Virus record (IMG/VR): IMGVR_UViG_2061766007_002263 | DNA: 64,000 nt | Reading direction: 5' to 3' (one strand) | Origin: a virus | Taxonomy: Duplodnaviria > Caudoviricetes | Shown: positions 9,191 through 18,807 of the stretch, piece after piece | Layout of the letters: the number at the start of each line of letters is the position of its first letter | Position numbering within the stretch: position 1 is the stretch's first letter | Program-made: the position numbers and the translations under genes | Notes under the pieces: generated by a model | What the model was told of the DNA's origin: nothing | The model's database searches: none | The model's input: only the letters and a program-made list of their open reading frames with translations

Positions 9191-9799
9191 ACCCATCGTT
9201 GAAAAGATTGCGGCCGGCGCATTCTTTTCAGGAACAATTTTTAGCTTCTTTGCGTCCTCTACAAGCTCCAAGCCCAAACGGTCTGACAAGCCCTTGTTGT
9301 TTTTAAGCATTCCTATAAGGCTCGACATTTTTTCGTCGCTCAATTCCCCCAAGAAATCTTCCTTAAGAGCATAGGATTTACTGTCGTCATTTCCTGACCA
9401 ATCACAATTCGCATAGTTCGGATAAAGACGCTTTGAGGTGGATTTCAATGCCAGCTTATAAAGGTCATAATTCTTGCTGCCCTTGTCATTCACACCTTTC
9501 ATTTTCTGAAAGATGCCACAAGGGAAAATAGAAGTCCTATGAAGCTTTCCAACGCCATCAATAGAAACATTCAAAATAGCTTTCGTTACCATACGCCCTT
9601 CCGGAAGCGTACAAGTTCCGTAATTAATAGATGAAAAAGGAAGCTGGTTACCCGACCTGCTTTGCAAGCTATTGAGGTTATGATAAAGGCCTTCCGTAGC
9701 TTGGTATACTTCTTTTTCCAACATAGCTAGAGCGTACTGATACGCTTTCTCATGCGCTTTATAACGCTTATCTTTAATAGATACTTCTTCTATCCCCAT
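9191..9799 (-). CDS. nrdD: class III RNR large subunit, C-terminal gene, exon 1 (spliced product about 573 aa)
   Basis: HNLNSLQSRSGNQLPFSSINYG, TSIFPCGIF, RLYPNYAN, STMG; own AGAGGA RBS and ATG. Confidence 0.9.
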
Positions 9800-9815
9800 A
9801 GTATTTTCCTCTTGT

Positions 9816-10682
9816 TTATTCTCCTTTTATGTCTTTTATGAAGCTTTCTATTTCTTCGTCAGACAAGCCTTCCACGTATTTAAGTCCGTCCTTAAAATGC
9901 TTAAGAAATGATTTTCTTACATAAGGAACCATACTCCAGTCGATGTGCGTCGCCGAAACGCCCCCGAACTGCTGCAATGACTGAAGCTGAAACAATACCG
10001 CTACGAGCTGCATGGCTGTATTGACTGAACCGGCAGGACGGATATCAACTTGTCTTGTGTTGAATCCTTTGGACAATAAATCATCTATCGGAACCGAGAG
10101 ACAGTTATGACATCCGATTACATACGAATCCAGGTCGTGTATATAGATTCTGTTGTCGATATGATTCTTGGCGAATTTCGGGCTTATGTAATAATCCAAT
10201 GCCATCTGCTTCAGAAGCTCGCTGTCTGCCTCACCTTTACGACCTCCGAAAGAGTTCTCGTCAAGATTGGCATTCTGGTTCTGAACATCAGACGCATCAA
10301 GCTTTGTCTTGATACGTTTCATTATGTCAAGACGCTTGAACCGTTCCTTAGCCCGCTCATTGCGATAAAGGATAAAAGCTTTGGCAACGTCATAGCAGTT
10401 TTTGTTCTGAAGACCTTTCTCAACAAGGTCCTGAATCTCCTCGACGTTTACCTGGAAAGCTTCTCGTTCATCCTCTGGTTTTTTAAGCTGTTCCTTTTCG
10501 AAAGACTCCTTGTTCTTCTCAAGGGTTTTCGTTACGAACTCCAGTACTTTTTGAATCTGCTCGTCGGTGATTCGGTGTTCCAGACTCACCGCGTTGTTGG
10601 CGGCACTGATAGCGTTTATAATGTTTTTTTCCTTAAAATCTACACGCTTGCCGTCCCTTTTTACAACTTTTGTGTTTTCCAT
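9816..10682 (-). CDS. nrdD: class III RNR large subunit, N-terminal gene (ATP cone + first part of barrel)
   Basis: VVKRDG ATP cone, NQNANLDE, IYIHDLD, HNC, QSLQQFGGV; ends with TAA at 9816. Confidence 0.92.
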   Translation of the reverse strand: MENTKVVKRDGKRVDFKEKNIINAISAANNAVSLEHRITDEQIQKVLEFVTKTLEKNKESFEKEQLKKPEDEREAFQVNVEEIQDLVEKGLQNKNCYDVAKAFILYRNERAKERFKRLDIMKRIKTKLDASDVQNQNANLDENSFGGRKGEADSELLKQMALDYYISPKFAKNHIDNRIYIHDLDSYVIGCHNCLSVPIDDLLSKGFNTRQVDIRPAGSVNTAMQLVAVLFQLQSLQQFGGVSATHIDWSMVPYVRKSFLKHFKDGLKYVEGLSDEEIESFIKDIKGE

Positions 10683-10727
10683 TGTGTCTTCTAGTATAGC
10701 CTCCTTTAAAACAGATATAGTTAGTAG

Positions 10728-10774
10728 ACACCATACATAAGGCTCTTTGTTATCATAGCCACTAGATGTAGTGT
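10728..10774. promoter_or_regulatory. tandem NrdR-box-like operators upstream of nrdD
   Basis: CCACTAGATGTAGTGT (10759-10774) fits the NrdR consensus acaCwAtATaTwGtgt; a degenerate ACACCATACATAAGGC (10728-10743) starts 31 bp away. Confidence 0.65.
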
Positions 10775-10831
10775 TTTTGTATATCCAAGATATTTAGAGG
10801 TGGCATTAAATTGTCACCCCTTGATTATTTT

Positions 10832-13024
10832 CTATTCGTTAGTCCAAAACTTTCCCTTATGCACATAGAAAGTTCTCAAGCTCGGCGCGAATGAATTAAT
10901 AATGTCGCGTACCATCGGTTTATGGCTTATTATGAAAAGCTGGTCAAACAAATCATTCGCAAGTATCGCCTTGAACATGAGCTCAGAATTCTCGTCTGTT
11001 CCGGCTTGGTCTATCTCATCCATGAAAGCGAACCTCAAGTTATATGCGCGGCATAGCGCAACCTTGAACGCGATTGAAAGAATCGCTTTCTCGAATCCTG
11101 ATGCCATCTTAGCATTAAGCAGATTTTCCTTGGTATGTATGCGTCCGTTATTCTTGTCAGTAGTATAGAAAAACTCAACGCCCCGCTTGTTCTGAAAAAG
11201 CTTGACCTCCATCTGCGGGAACACGACTTGTATAAAGCTGTTCATCTCATGCTCAAGCATCTGACATGTCTTGAGAATAAGCCATGCCGGGAATGTCTTG
11301 TCCAAAAGAACAATTGCATCGTCATACGTCGCTTTCTGACGGCGGTATGTCTCGACCGAAGCTTTGGACTCCTCTATCTTCCTTGTCATGTCTTCTATCG
11401 ATTTACGGATGTTCTCGTTGTTCTGGAGAATAACATTATTCTGCGCAACTTCGGCATTATAATCAGAAATCTTCTGCTGCACGTCCCGAAGCTTTGACTG
11501 ATACTCCGCGTATTTGTCAGTAACCTCACCAAAGCTGTTGATTTTTAAGTCACATTCGCTTATCTCAGACTCTATTCCGACAAGACGCTCTTTTTGCCCT
11601 GCAATCTGTTCCTTAATGTTGGAAATATCAGACGCATTTGAGCTGTACTGGTTTATCTGCTCATCCAGACGCTCTTTCGAAGCTAGATTGGACGTAATCT
11701 GATTATCGACGTTCTGAATCCGATATTCCAATGTAGAAATGTCCTTTTTAGTATTGGATATCTCTATCTCTTTATTCCGTAACTTCTCACGCATTGCCTT
11801 TACTTCGGCATCAGCGAATGACGCTTCGGATTGCCTCTGGTTCTTTATGCTCTCAATTTCATCTTTGACTTTTATGGCAGTATTCAATGCGTCGTTATAC
11901 TTTGACTGGTCTGCCCTGTCGAAAGCATGTCCACATTCAGGACATGTTCCCAGCTTTATCATGTCCATATGTTTCTGCGCATGTTGCACATCCGCAATTT
12001 TACCGGCAAGCTGAACATTAAGCTCATTAAGCTCCGAGCTCTTTTTAAGGTATTCGTCATGCTTTGCCGTAATCTCGGCTGAAATTGAGTCTTTTTCCTC
12101 AATTTCCATAGAAAGCTCTTCATTAAGGTCTTTTATGTTGATGACATAGTTTTTTTTCTCTTCGGTCAAAGTATTATTTAACGCAACGTATTCATTGGAT
12201 TTCTGTACCAATGTATCAATCATGCCTTTGTTAGATTCTATGAGCTCTATGTCATGCTCCAATTTGGTAATCTGTTGCTTTACATTGTACATGTCTTTTT
12301 GAAGGTCGGATTTTCTAGACAAAACTGTGTCTTTCTCTTTTATGAGCACAGCTGTCTTGGTAAGCTCATTATTTATAGCCTCCACGGAATCATTCAGTTC
12401 CCGGATTTCTTCTTCCTTGAATGACAAGGGCTTGACCTCACGGATTTCTTTCTTACGTTCGTCAATGGATATTGTATTGAAATTTATCTGTGCCGTTTGA
12501 TAATCGATGCTTTCCTTGATTCCGGCCAAATCTTCCTTGAGCTTTCCGATTTTCTCCGTAAAATCAAACTGGAACAATTTCTGAAGGAACTGCTCGCGTT
12601 CACTGGGCTTAAGCTTTGTAATGTCGCCCTCATTCTGCATGGACATTATTATATCCGCATAATATGCGATATCAAACGAATCCAACAAATCCGTAACTTG
12701 TGAATTAACATACGTTTTCCCGCCATATTCTGCGGTACGTCCAAGTCCGGATGTCTTATCATTCAGTGTAATAGTTATCTTAAGCGGTCCGCCTTTTATT
12801 TCAGCCTCAAGGGTTACGGAGCAATTGTCCTTGCCCAACATGATAAACTCCTGATATCTGTCAGAACGTTTATCTTCCAAAAGACATAGTGTTACCGCCT
12901 GTAATACCGTGGACTTTCCTTGTCCATTGCTTCCGACTATAAGGTTCACGCCGTCATCAAAATTGAGCACGGCATGTTCTACACACATAAAGTTATTGAG
13001 AATCAGCTTTTTTAATTTCAACAT
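10832..13024 (-). CDS. SbcC/Rad50 (T4 gp46-like) recombination ATPase
   Basis: Walker A GSNGQGKS, coiled coil with CPEC zinc hook, ASGFE signature, FAFMDE Walker B, ISH. Confidence 0.9.
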   Translation of the reverse strand: MLKLKKLILNNFMCVEHAVLNFDDGVNLIVGSNGQGKSTVLQAVTLCLLEDKRSDRYQEFIMLGKDNCSVTLEAEIKGGPLKITITLNDKTSGLGRTAEYGGKTYVNSQVTDLLDSFDIAYYADIIMSMQNEGDITKLKPSEREQFLQKLFQFDFTEKIGKLKEDLAGIKESIDYQTAQINFNTISIDERKKEIREVKPLSFKEEEIRELNDSVEAINNELTKTAVLIKEKDTVLSRKSDLQKDMYNVKQQITKLEHDIELIESNKGMIDTLVQKSNEYVALNNTLTEEKKNYVINIKDLNEELSMEIEEKDSISAEITAKHDEYLKKSSELNELNVQLAGKIADVQHAQKHMDMIKLGTCPECGHAFDRADQSKYNDALNTAIKVKDEIESIKNQRQSEASFADAEVKAMREKLRNKEIEISNTKKDISTLEYRIQNVDNQITSNLASKERLDEQINQYSSNASDISNIKEQIAGQKERLVGIESEISECDLKINSFGEVTDKYAEYQSKLRDVQQKISDYNAEVAQNNVILQNNENIRKSIEDMTRKIEESKASVETYRRQKATYDDAIVLLDKTFPAWLILKTCQMLEHEMNSFIQVVFPQMEVKLFQNKRGVEFFYTTDKNNGRIHTKENLLNAKMASGFEKAILSIAFKVALCRAYNLRFAFMDEIDQAGTDENSELMFKAILANDLFDQLFIISHKPMVRDIINSFAPSLRTFYVHKGKFWTNE

Positions 13025-13035
13025 ATCTTATTGAA

Positions 13036-13042
13036 ATATTAA
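13036..13042 (-). promoter_or_regulatory. second phage promoter motif TTAATAT (sbcC-like gene)
   Basis: Motif recurs upstream of DNA-metabolism genes. Confidence 0.55.
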
Positions 13043-13072
13043 TCTGCTTTGAAAATGGGGATATTCGTAGTA

Positions 13073-13693
13073 TTAATCGATTCCTTGGCGGACTATTGGC
13101 TGTATGCTGAAAAGAAACTTATCGGCGTTGTCCAGCAGCTCGAAACCGTCCATCTCCGGCTTTTTATTTCCATCCCGGAAATCAACGAACATGGAGTCAC
13201 AATGCAGCCCGTCAACATTCACAGGAATACGTACCTTGAAAAGATGAACGTCCTTGTCCTGTTTTTGCTTATGTATCCCCAAGTCCACAATATTCTCGTT
13301 GTTCTCATTTACCTCAAGACCGGTCTCTTCCTTGAGCTCGCGTATCGCCGTGGACAAGTCATCCGAATCAACATTCCTGCAACCTTTCGGTATGTCATAT
13401 ATTCCCGACGGCTGACCGGTAGGATGACAGCCTAGATATTTTCCGGTTGATTCGTCCTGTACCAAAAAACCACATGAAAGCTTGCGTCCATTCGGTCTCA
13501 GATACAAATCCTCAAAGCCCTCGCCATTCCAATGCGTAAGTATTCCGTCATGATACCAATCACCATGACGGTCGAACTGCGGACCGGGACTCCTGCTGCC
13601 ACCATGACTATGGGAGCCGTGATGATGTCCGTAATGAGCCTCATTGTATACTTCGAGAAAAAAATCTTCCATGTTTTCCATTTTTATATCCAT
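13073..13693 (-). CDS. NUDIX hydrolase with His/Gly-rich N-terminal extension
   Basis: Nudix box PKG.....DDLSTAIRELKEETGL; PEMD motif. Confidence 0.9.
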   Translation of the reverse strand: MDIKMENMEDFFLEVYNEAHYGHHHGSHSHGGSRSPGPQFDRHGDWYHDGILTHWNGEGFEDLYLRPNGRKLSCGFLVQDESTGKYLGCHPTGQPSGIYDIPKGCRNVDSDDLSTAIRELKEETGLEVNENNENIVDLGIHKQKQDKDVHLFKVRIPVNVDGLHCDSMFVDFRDGNKKPEMDGFELLDNADKFLFSIQPIVRQGID

Positions 13694-16344
13694 TCTCCTC
13701 TTAGGATAGGTATACGGTTATGGTCAGAAACATAACGCCAGTCACCAAACGCCGAGAGGTAAACGTCAGAAGACGAATATTTCTCCGGGTCTTCGCTTAA
13801 TGCCGGAGATGTTCCATAATTCTCGACGTATCTGATATGTCCGTTCATTTTCTGCTCAAGAGAACGCCAGTCTTCGTCGTCGATAGTAGCCTTGGCACCA
13901 CATGTTTCACCCGCACCGTCAAAGCCGGTATTAGTTCCACCATTATTATAGAATGTATTCGGATTGGTAACGTCAAAATTATAGTTACGATGCATCTGAT
14001 ACAGAGAACCGGAAGTGAAATTAGACAAGTCTTTCAACCCGCCTTCCTTAACCACTTCCCCGGTAACTTTACCAAGTCCACCGGTAACGGCGAAGTTCTC
14101 TTTTATGAACCTAGACTGCGTTATAAGGTTATACTTGTTGCCCATTATCATGGCTTCAAGCTCACGGATTGAATAAGGTATTCTTCTCGGTGCCCATGCC
14201 TTCTTCTCGTTGTCCTCTGAATCGGAAGTTACGGTTTCTTTATGCTCAACTTTCTCGTCGGACGTTGAAGCCTCGGTAACGTCGGCCCACGCGGTAAAGT
14301 TCTCGATGTCACGGCGAAGAGTCTCCGGTTCGCCGTCTTCTTTCTGAATGTCACACTTACCTTCATGGTTCTTGGTAAGACTGATAATGTCATCAGACAA
14401 ACGGCGCAATGAACCATAAAGAGGATATGTAATACCGTTATTCTGATTGACGAACTTAGTAACGCTCAGTTTCTGATTATACAAATTAAATGACTCGGCG
14501 TTGTTATCGTATTCAAACTTGAAATCAATCGGGTCTCCGTGCTTGTTGTCGGGCCCCATATCAAAATTGAACTCAGCGTCCGGAACCTCTGACATCTTCG
14601 TGTCCGTATCATTCTCATAGTGTCCTGTTCCTCTAGGAAGACCCAAATCGAGGGTTTCCGCACGGTTCACATTGTGACTTTGGTCTTCAAAGTTTACGTC
14701 ACTTGAGCGGCCGCCGGTAATCTTCTTAAGCATTATCCAGATTTCATCTATAGTAGGTCCGATAATACGACCGTCAACATAGAGGTTTCCGTCGGACGGC
14801 AGTACAGACGGAAACTTGCCCATCCTGCGGTAATAATCATCGTCCATGCGGCTCTCTGGGTCAAACCAGTTAGGCGGTATAAGAGAATTAGAGCCGACAT
14901 TATAGTTGGTATCCACCATGCCGCCACGGTTTATAGCCGCCACAGGAAGACTGCGTACTATGGAGTTGCCGTTATTGGACAGCTTGTTTTCGATGAAATC
15001 GTCTATAGGAGTGCCTGTTTCCGGCATTTTAAGCCTTGACGAATAGTTTGACGTATCTATCTGCTCGGTCGGCGATTGAGTCATTTTTATTCCACTAAGC
15101 TGCGCGTCAAGCATCTTGGACGTATAAATATCAACTGTAGGAGATGTCTTCGGTATGTAAGGCATACTGAGCTCAGACATACCTACAAGCTTAAGGTCTG
15201 TATCAGACGAGTTCCTATCGGACAAGCCTACGCCCGGAAGGTTTACGTTGTTCGGAACATCAGGATAATTCCGGTTAGTTACTGTGGAAGACGACATGCT
15301 GTACATATCGTATTTCTTGAAATCACCCGCACCTGAAAGCATGAGCTCATTATGAACTACCTTGGAGTCCGGAGTCAAATCCTGCTCAAAGCTGTCTGGT
15401 TTTATGTAGTCGGCATAGAAAGGTGCGCGTACCCAGACAAAAGTATTCTTGAGGAGTGTTCTCCATCTGTCACCACTGTAATTTTCATTGGTTTCGTCTA
15501 TATGCTCCGTAGCAAGTCTTCCGGATATAATTGCTTTCGCTATGCAGAGATTTTCGCTGTCCCTGGTATCCCAGAAGTCTTTGTAATCTCTGAATACCAT
15601 TGTCGTCGGCGACGCATTCTTGAAATCATTGGCTCCGATACCAAGCAAGGACTGGTATTTCATACCGGTAGCTTTGACTACAAGACATACACCAAACCAT
15701 GTATACGGGTTGACCATAATCTTATTGTACGCGCTGAAACCGTCACGTGTAACAAGCGTACTCTTGAACGCCACGTCCGGCGAGGAAAGAAGTATATCGG
15801 CTTGATTGTCTACACCCGGAACAAAAGGTGCTATAGACGGAGGAAGATAATTCGCGGACGTAACGGTATTTCCTGCGAAATTGTACATAACGCCGCGTGA
15901 CGTGAAAACGTCAGTGGAACTTGGCTCAAGCGCAGAGTCCTTGTCATATAATGTAAACTTTCTTCCGGGAAATATGTCGTCTTCGGAAGTCGTACCTCCG
16001 ACTATCGTAACCGGTATACTCGCGTTACATGTTATTTCCTTAGACCTCGCTCGTGCGTCATAGATAGGAAGCGAGATATCTATACCGTTTCTCCACCAGT
16101 CCGCGCTTCGTATATCCGGAGCGGAGGTAAGGTCAATGCTGTTATCGGATTTAAGCATCGCGGAGTTAAGACAGATAATGTCGTGCTCAAGCGAACATCC
16201 TGCCGTAGTATTCTCTGATTCTACCCAAAGTCTGTCCGTCTTGCTGTCGTAGAAGAGGTCATATAAGCTTACAAGCGAGTTCTCTGTATTTGTAGGAGTA
16301 GTCGCAAGGACTTTTTTCCATGGTCTAGTAGATGATTTAGTCAT
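13684..16344 (-). CDS. hypothetical 886-aa protein, probably virion structural
   Basis: Long ORF with GGAG RBS and ACTAATT late-type motif at 16382-16388; no recognised catalytic motif. Confidence 0.6.
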   Translation of the reverse strand: MTKSSTRPWKKVLATTPTNTENSLVSLYDLFYDSKTDRLWVESENTTAGCSLEHDIICLNSAMLKSDNSIDLTSAPDIRSADWWRNGIDISLPIYDARARSKEITCNASIPVTIVGGTTSEDDIFPGRKFTLYDKDSALEPSSTDVFTSRGVMYNFAGNTVTSANYLPPSIAPFVPGVDNQADILLSSPDVAFKSTLVTRDGFSAYNKIMVNPYTWFGVCLVVKATGMKYQSLLGIGANDFKNASPTTMVFRDYKDFWDTRDSENLCIAKAIISGRLATEHIDETNENYSGDRWRTLLKNTFVWVRAPFYADYIKPDSFEQDLTPDSKVVHNELMLSGAGDFKKYDMYSMSSSTVTNRNYPDVPNNVNLPGVGLSDRNSSDTDLKLVGMSELSMPYIPKTSPTVDIYTSKMLDAQLSGIKMTQSPTEQIDTSNYSSRLKMPETGTPIDDFIENKLSNNGNSIVRSLPVAAINRGGMVDTNYNVGSNSLIPPNWFDPESRMDDDYYRRMGKFPSVLPSDGNLYVDGRIIGPTIDEIWIMLKKITGGRSSDVNFEDQSHNVNRAETLDLGLPRGTGHYENDTDTKMSEVPDAEFNFDMGPDNKHGDPIDFKFEYDNNAESFNLYNQKLSVTKFVNQNNGITYPLYGSLRRLSDDIISLTKNHEGKCDIQKEDGEPETLRRDIENFTAWADVTEASTSDEKVEHKETVTSDSEDNEKKAWAPRRIPYSIRELEAMIMGNKYNLITQSRFIKENFAVTGGLGKVTGEVVKEGGLKDLSNFTSGSLYQMHRNYNFDVTNPNTFYNNGGTNTGFDGAGETCGAKATIDDEDWRSLEQKMNGHIRYVENYGTSPALSEDPEKYSSSDVYLSAFGDWRYVSDHNRIPILRGEWI

Positions 16345-16424
16345 AATTAAACAAAATCTCCTTATATAAAAGAAGCTGTTTAATTAGTTGAGAAAAATTG
16401 ATATGTCCGAGAAATCATTATGAA

Positions 16425-16808
16425 TCAATTATGGTCTGTGATGTTCTCAACCACGGGCTCAATGAACTTTTTCTGAACATAGTTCGAGAGCTCTCCATAA
16501 TTGCCGTTCTGTGATTTCATAAAAAGATTTTTAAATGTGTCCGAAAGAGAAACAAACACGTCAAGCTCCGGCTCTACGCCTTTAGGAGTAGTAACCATAC
16601 CCAGCGTCTTTATTCCGATGCTTCCGATATATGGGAGCTTAATCCGGGTAAGCTTGGTATCATCCGACTCGGCCACACGGAGCATGATACTGAAAACTGT
16701 ATACTGCCAGACTTGTCTGACTATATCCGACTTGACACCAAACAACGACGAGATTTCAAGTATCATTTTTTTAGTGTCTTCATCTTCCTTAAAAATATTA
16801 TCTGCCAT
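16425..16808 (-). CDS. possible HU/IHF-like DNA-binding protein
   Basis: Helix-helix then IKLPYIGSIGIK and FVSLSDTFK, echoing the HU pattern V.L.GFG.F.V ... F.P...LK; weak. Confidence 0.4.
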   Translation of the reverse strand: MADNIFKEDEDTKKMILEISSLFGVKSDIVRQVWQYTVFSIMLRVAESDDTKLTRIKLPYIGSIGIKTLGMVTTPKGVEPELDVFVSLSDTFKNLFMKSQNGNYGELSNYVQKKFIEPVVENITDHN

Positions 16809-16863
16809 TTTTGTACGTACCTTTTAATGAATATTAACTGCATTGCCTGAAAGCTAAATATCC

Positions 16864-17436
16864 ATGAAATGCAAAGACTACTTGTTCAAAATGCATCATG
16901 GACTTCACATCACTTACGACGATGACGACCTCATAAAAGAAATTTCATCCGAAGGAGGAGGACTGCCTTTCCGTGTCCGCGCCGACAACAGATATACCGT
17001 TACCGACGAGGAATATAAAGCCTTCGAAAAAAATGCCGGGGTCATCATGAACAACGGTCTTCCATTTCCAAACGCCAACGGAACAAGCGGTCCGCAAGGT
17101 CATCGCAATACTTGGGACGGATGCCAGTTTGACAGCGTTTGGGAATATGCGTTCTACAGATACCACAAGGAAGTTGCCGGCAACGTAATCACACGCAACG
17201 AAACAGAATGGATTCCATATTTCGACGAAACCGGCAAACAGAGAAAATTCTACTTCGACTTTCTCGTGAACGCCGTTCCTTATGAAGTAAAAGGATTTTT
17301 CCGTCCGTCCGACATGGCGAAAATGCAGTCAACGTCTGGTCAGGTTACATTTGTATCGAAGCCAGATATACTTCCTATAATGAAAGAACTCGACAAACAA
17401 ATACCGGGATGGCGCAGCGACTGCATTTTCAACTGA
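16864..17436 (+). CDS. TnsA-like PD-(D/E)XK endonuclease
   Basis: FDSVWE...IPYFD..GKQRKFYFDF...YEVKG. Confidence 0.7.
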   Translation: MKCKDYLFKMHHGLHITYDDDDLIKEISSEGGGLPFRVRADNRYTVTDEEYKAFEKNAGVIMNNGLPFPNANGTSGPQGHRNTWDGCQFDSVWEYAFYRYHKEVAGNVITRNETEWIPYFDETGKQRKFYFDFLVNAVPYEVKGFFRPSDMAKMQSTSGQVTFVSKPDILPIMKELDKQIPGWRSDCIFN

Positions 17437-17447
17437 CAGTCACATAG

Positions 17448-18335
17448 TTATTCCTTCAAATGATATGTTACATACCGTTCCTGAACATTTCCAAGCTCGC
17501 GCGATGCCTTGCATCCTTTATATCCGTCTTTATTAGGATTACCACCAAGATGCTCGCACCAGTTGCATATAAAAGACGGACATCCCAAGCTGTCCAAATC
17601 CTCGTGCTCCCAATCGTGCGCTTTTATTTCCTGAATGGTCACAAGGTAGTCATTTATGCATTTCTGGAGCACGGACTCGTCGTATTTGATTTCCTTTACG
17701 GACGCAAGCATTTTGTCATGGTCGTCAACGGCTATGTTCTGCTCCGACAAAGGGAAGAACAAGAAGAGCTTTATATTCTCAGCCGTTTTCTTCAAATCCC
17801 AGCCATGCTCAAGTCCTTTCAGATATGAATATAACAGGAGCTGTTCCTTATACTTTGATATGGACGGAGATTTGCCGGACTTGTAATCATATACCTCAAC
17901 CTTTTCGCCATTATCAAGGCAGACATCAAGAGCCCCGATAAAATGCTCACCCCCAAGGTCTCCTGATACCCAGCCTTCCTGAGCAACTTTATATCCATTT
18001 TTTTCCTTGCTCGCGATGAACTCGTCCCAGAAAAGAAAAAACCTCTCTATTCCGGATTTCTCGTCGTATTTATCAAGGTCAATGTTATGCTCCACGGCTT
18101 TTTCGGCAAGCCTCTTGAACACGTCCTCACGGTTTTCGCCGGTAAAATATTTCTCCACGGTTTCGTGAAATACCGTACCTTTTCTTGCAAGCTCGTCGTC
18201 GGCCGGCTTTGAGCACCGCCACTTCTGTACATACGTATAGAAATATTTAAGGGGACACTGTCTGTAAGTCGATATACGGCTCGCCGACCAGTTCGGCTTG
18301 TTTGACGAACGTACTTGTGAATTATATTGTGGCAT
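17448..18335 (-). CDS. RecB/AddB/Cas4-like PD-(D/E)XK exonuclease
   Basis: WSASRISTYRQCP, GTVFH, GALD, YDYKSG, QLLLY, C..C...C C-terminal Fe-S-type cysteines. Confidence 0.85.
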   Translation of the reverse strand: MPQYNSQVRSSNKPNWSASRISTYRQCPLKYFYTYVQKWRCSKPADDELARKGTVFHETVEKYFTGENREDVFKRLAEKAVEHNIDLDKYDEKSGIERFFLFWDEFIASKEKNGYKVAQEGWVSGDLGGEHFIGALDVCLDNGEKVEVYDYKSGKSPSISKYKEQLLLYSYLKGLEHGWDLKKTAENIKLFLFFPLSEQNIAVDDHDKMLASVKEIKYDESVLQKCINDYLVTIQEIKAHDWEHEDLDSLGCPSFICNWCEHLGGNPNKDGYKGCKASRELGNVQERYVTYHLKE

Positions 18336-18338
18336 TGA

Positions 18339-18680
18339 TTAAAGGTCTCCATGAATCTTGTTTACACGCGGACTTATAGGAGTGCTCTCTATTTCCTCGT
18401 CAGTGATGACCACGCCGATTTCCTCATACTTTCTGCACAAAAGCTTCAAAGGATTATCTTCCGTGTCCCTCAGCAAATATTCATCACCATGTTTCGGAAA
18501 CCGTGCGTCCGAAACTGAACCACAATCAAGGCAGCTTACTACAAACCGCTCTTCTTTCGGAGCAAGCGTAGAAATAACAAGCTGCCCCCCGCATTTACAT
18601 TCACCAAGAAATTTTACACTGTCAAGCAGTTTACCACTGGTTTCATGTTTTTTTAATTTTCTAATTGTTTTCTTTTTCAT
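18339..18680 (-). CDS. small zinc-ribbon protein
   Basis: CKCGG and CLDCG. Confidence 0.65.
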   Translation of the reverse strand: MKKKTIRKLKKHETSGKLLDSVKFLGECKCGGQLVISTLAPKEERFVVSCLDCGSVSDARFPKHGDEYLLRDTEDNPLKLLCRKYEEIGVVITDEEIESTPISPRVNKIHGDL

Positions 18681-18807
18681 AAATGAATATTAATCCATAT
18701 CCACATTTCCATATGGTATGTGATAATACGTATCAGGACATACTTTTCCTGTAGTTTTATTTTTAGAGGATGTTTTCAATGTAACTTGTATTATTTCAAA
18801 GTGATTT

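Noticed and set aside
7524-10682. nrdD as a pseudogene, or as evidence of stop-codon reassignment
   Set aside because: Two breaks are precise group I introns and the third has its own RBS and ATG; other genes are long and intact in the standard code and some end in TAG or TGA.
17448-18335. Cas4-like nuclease as evidence of a CRISPR-Cas system
   Set aside because: No repeat-spacer array or other cas genes in the window; stand-alone nucleases of this type are common in phages.
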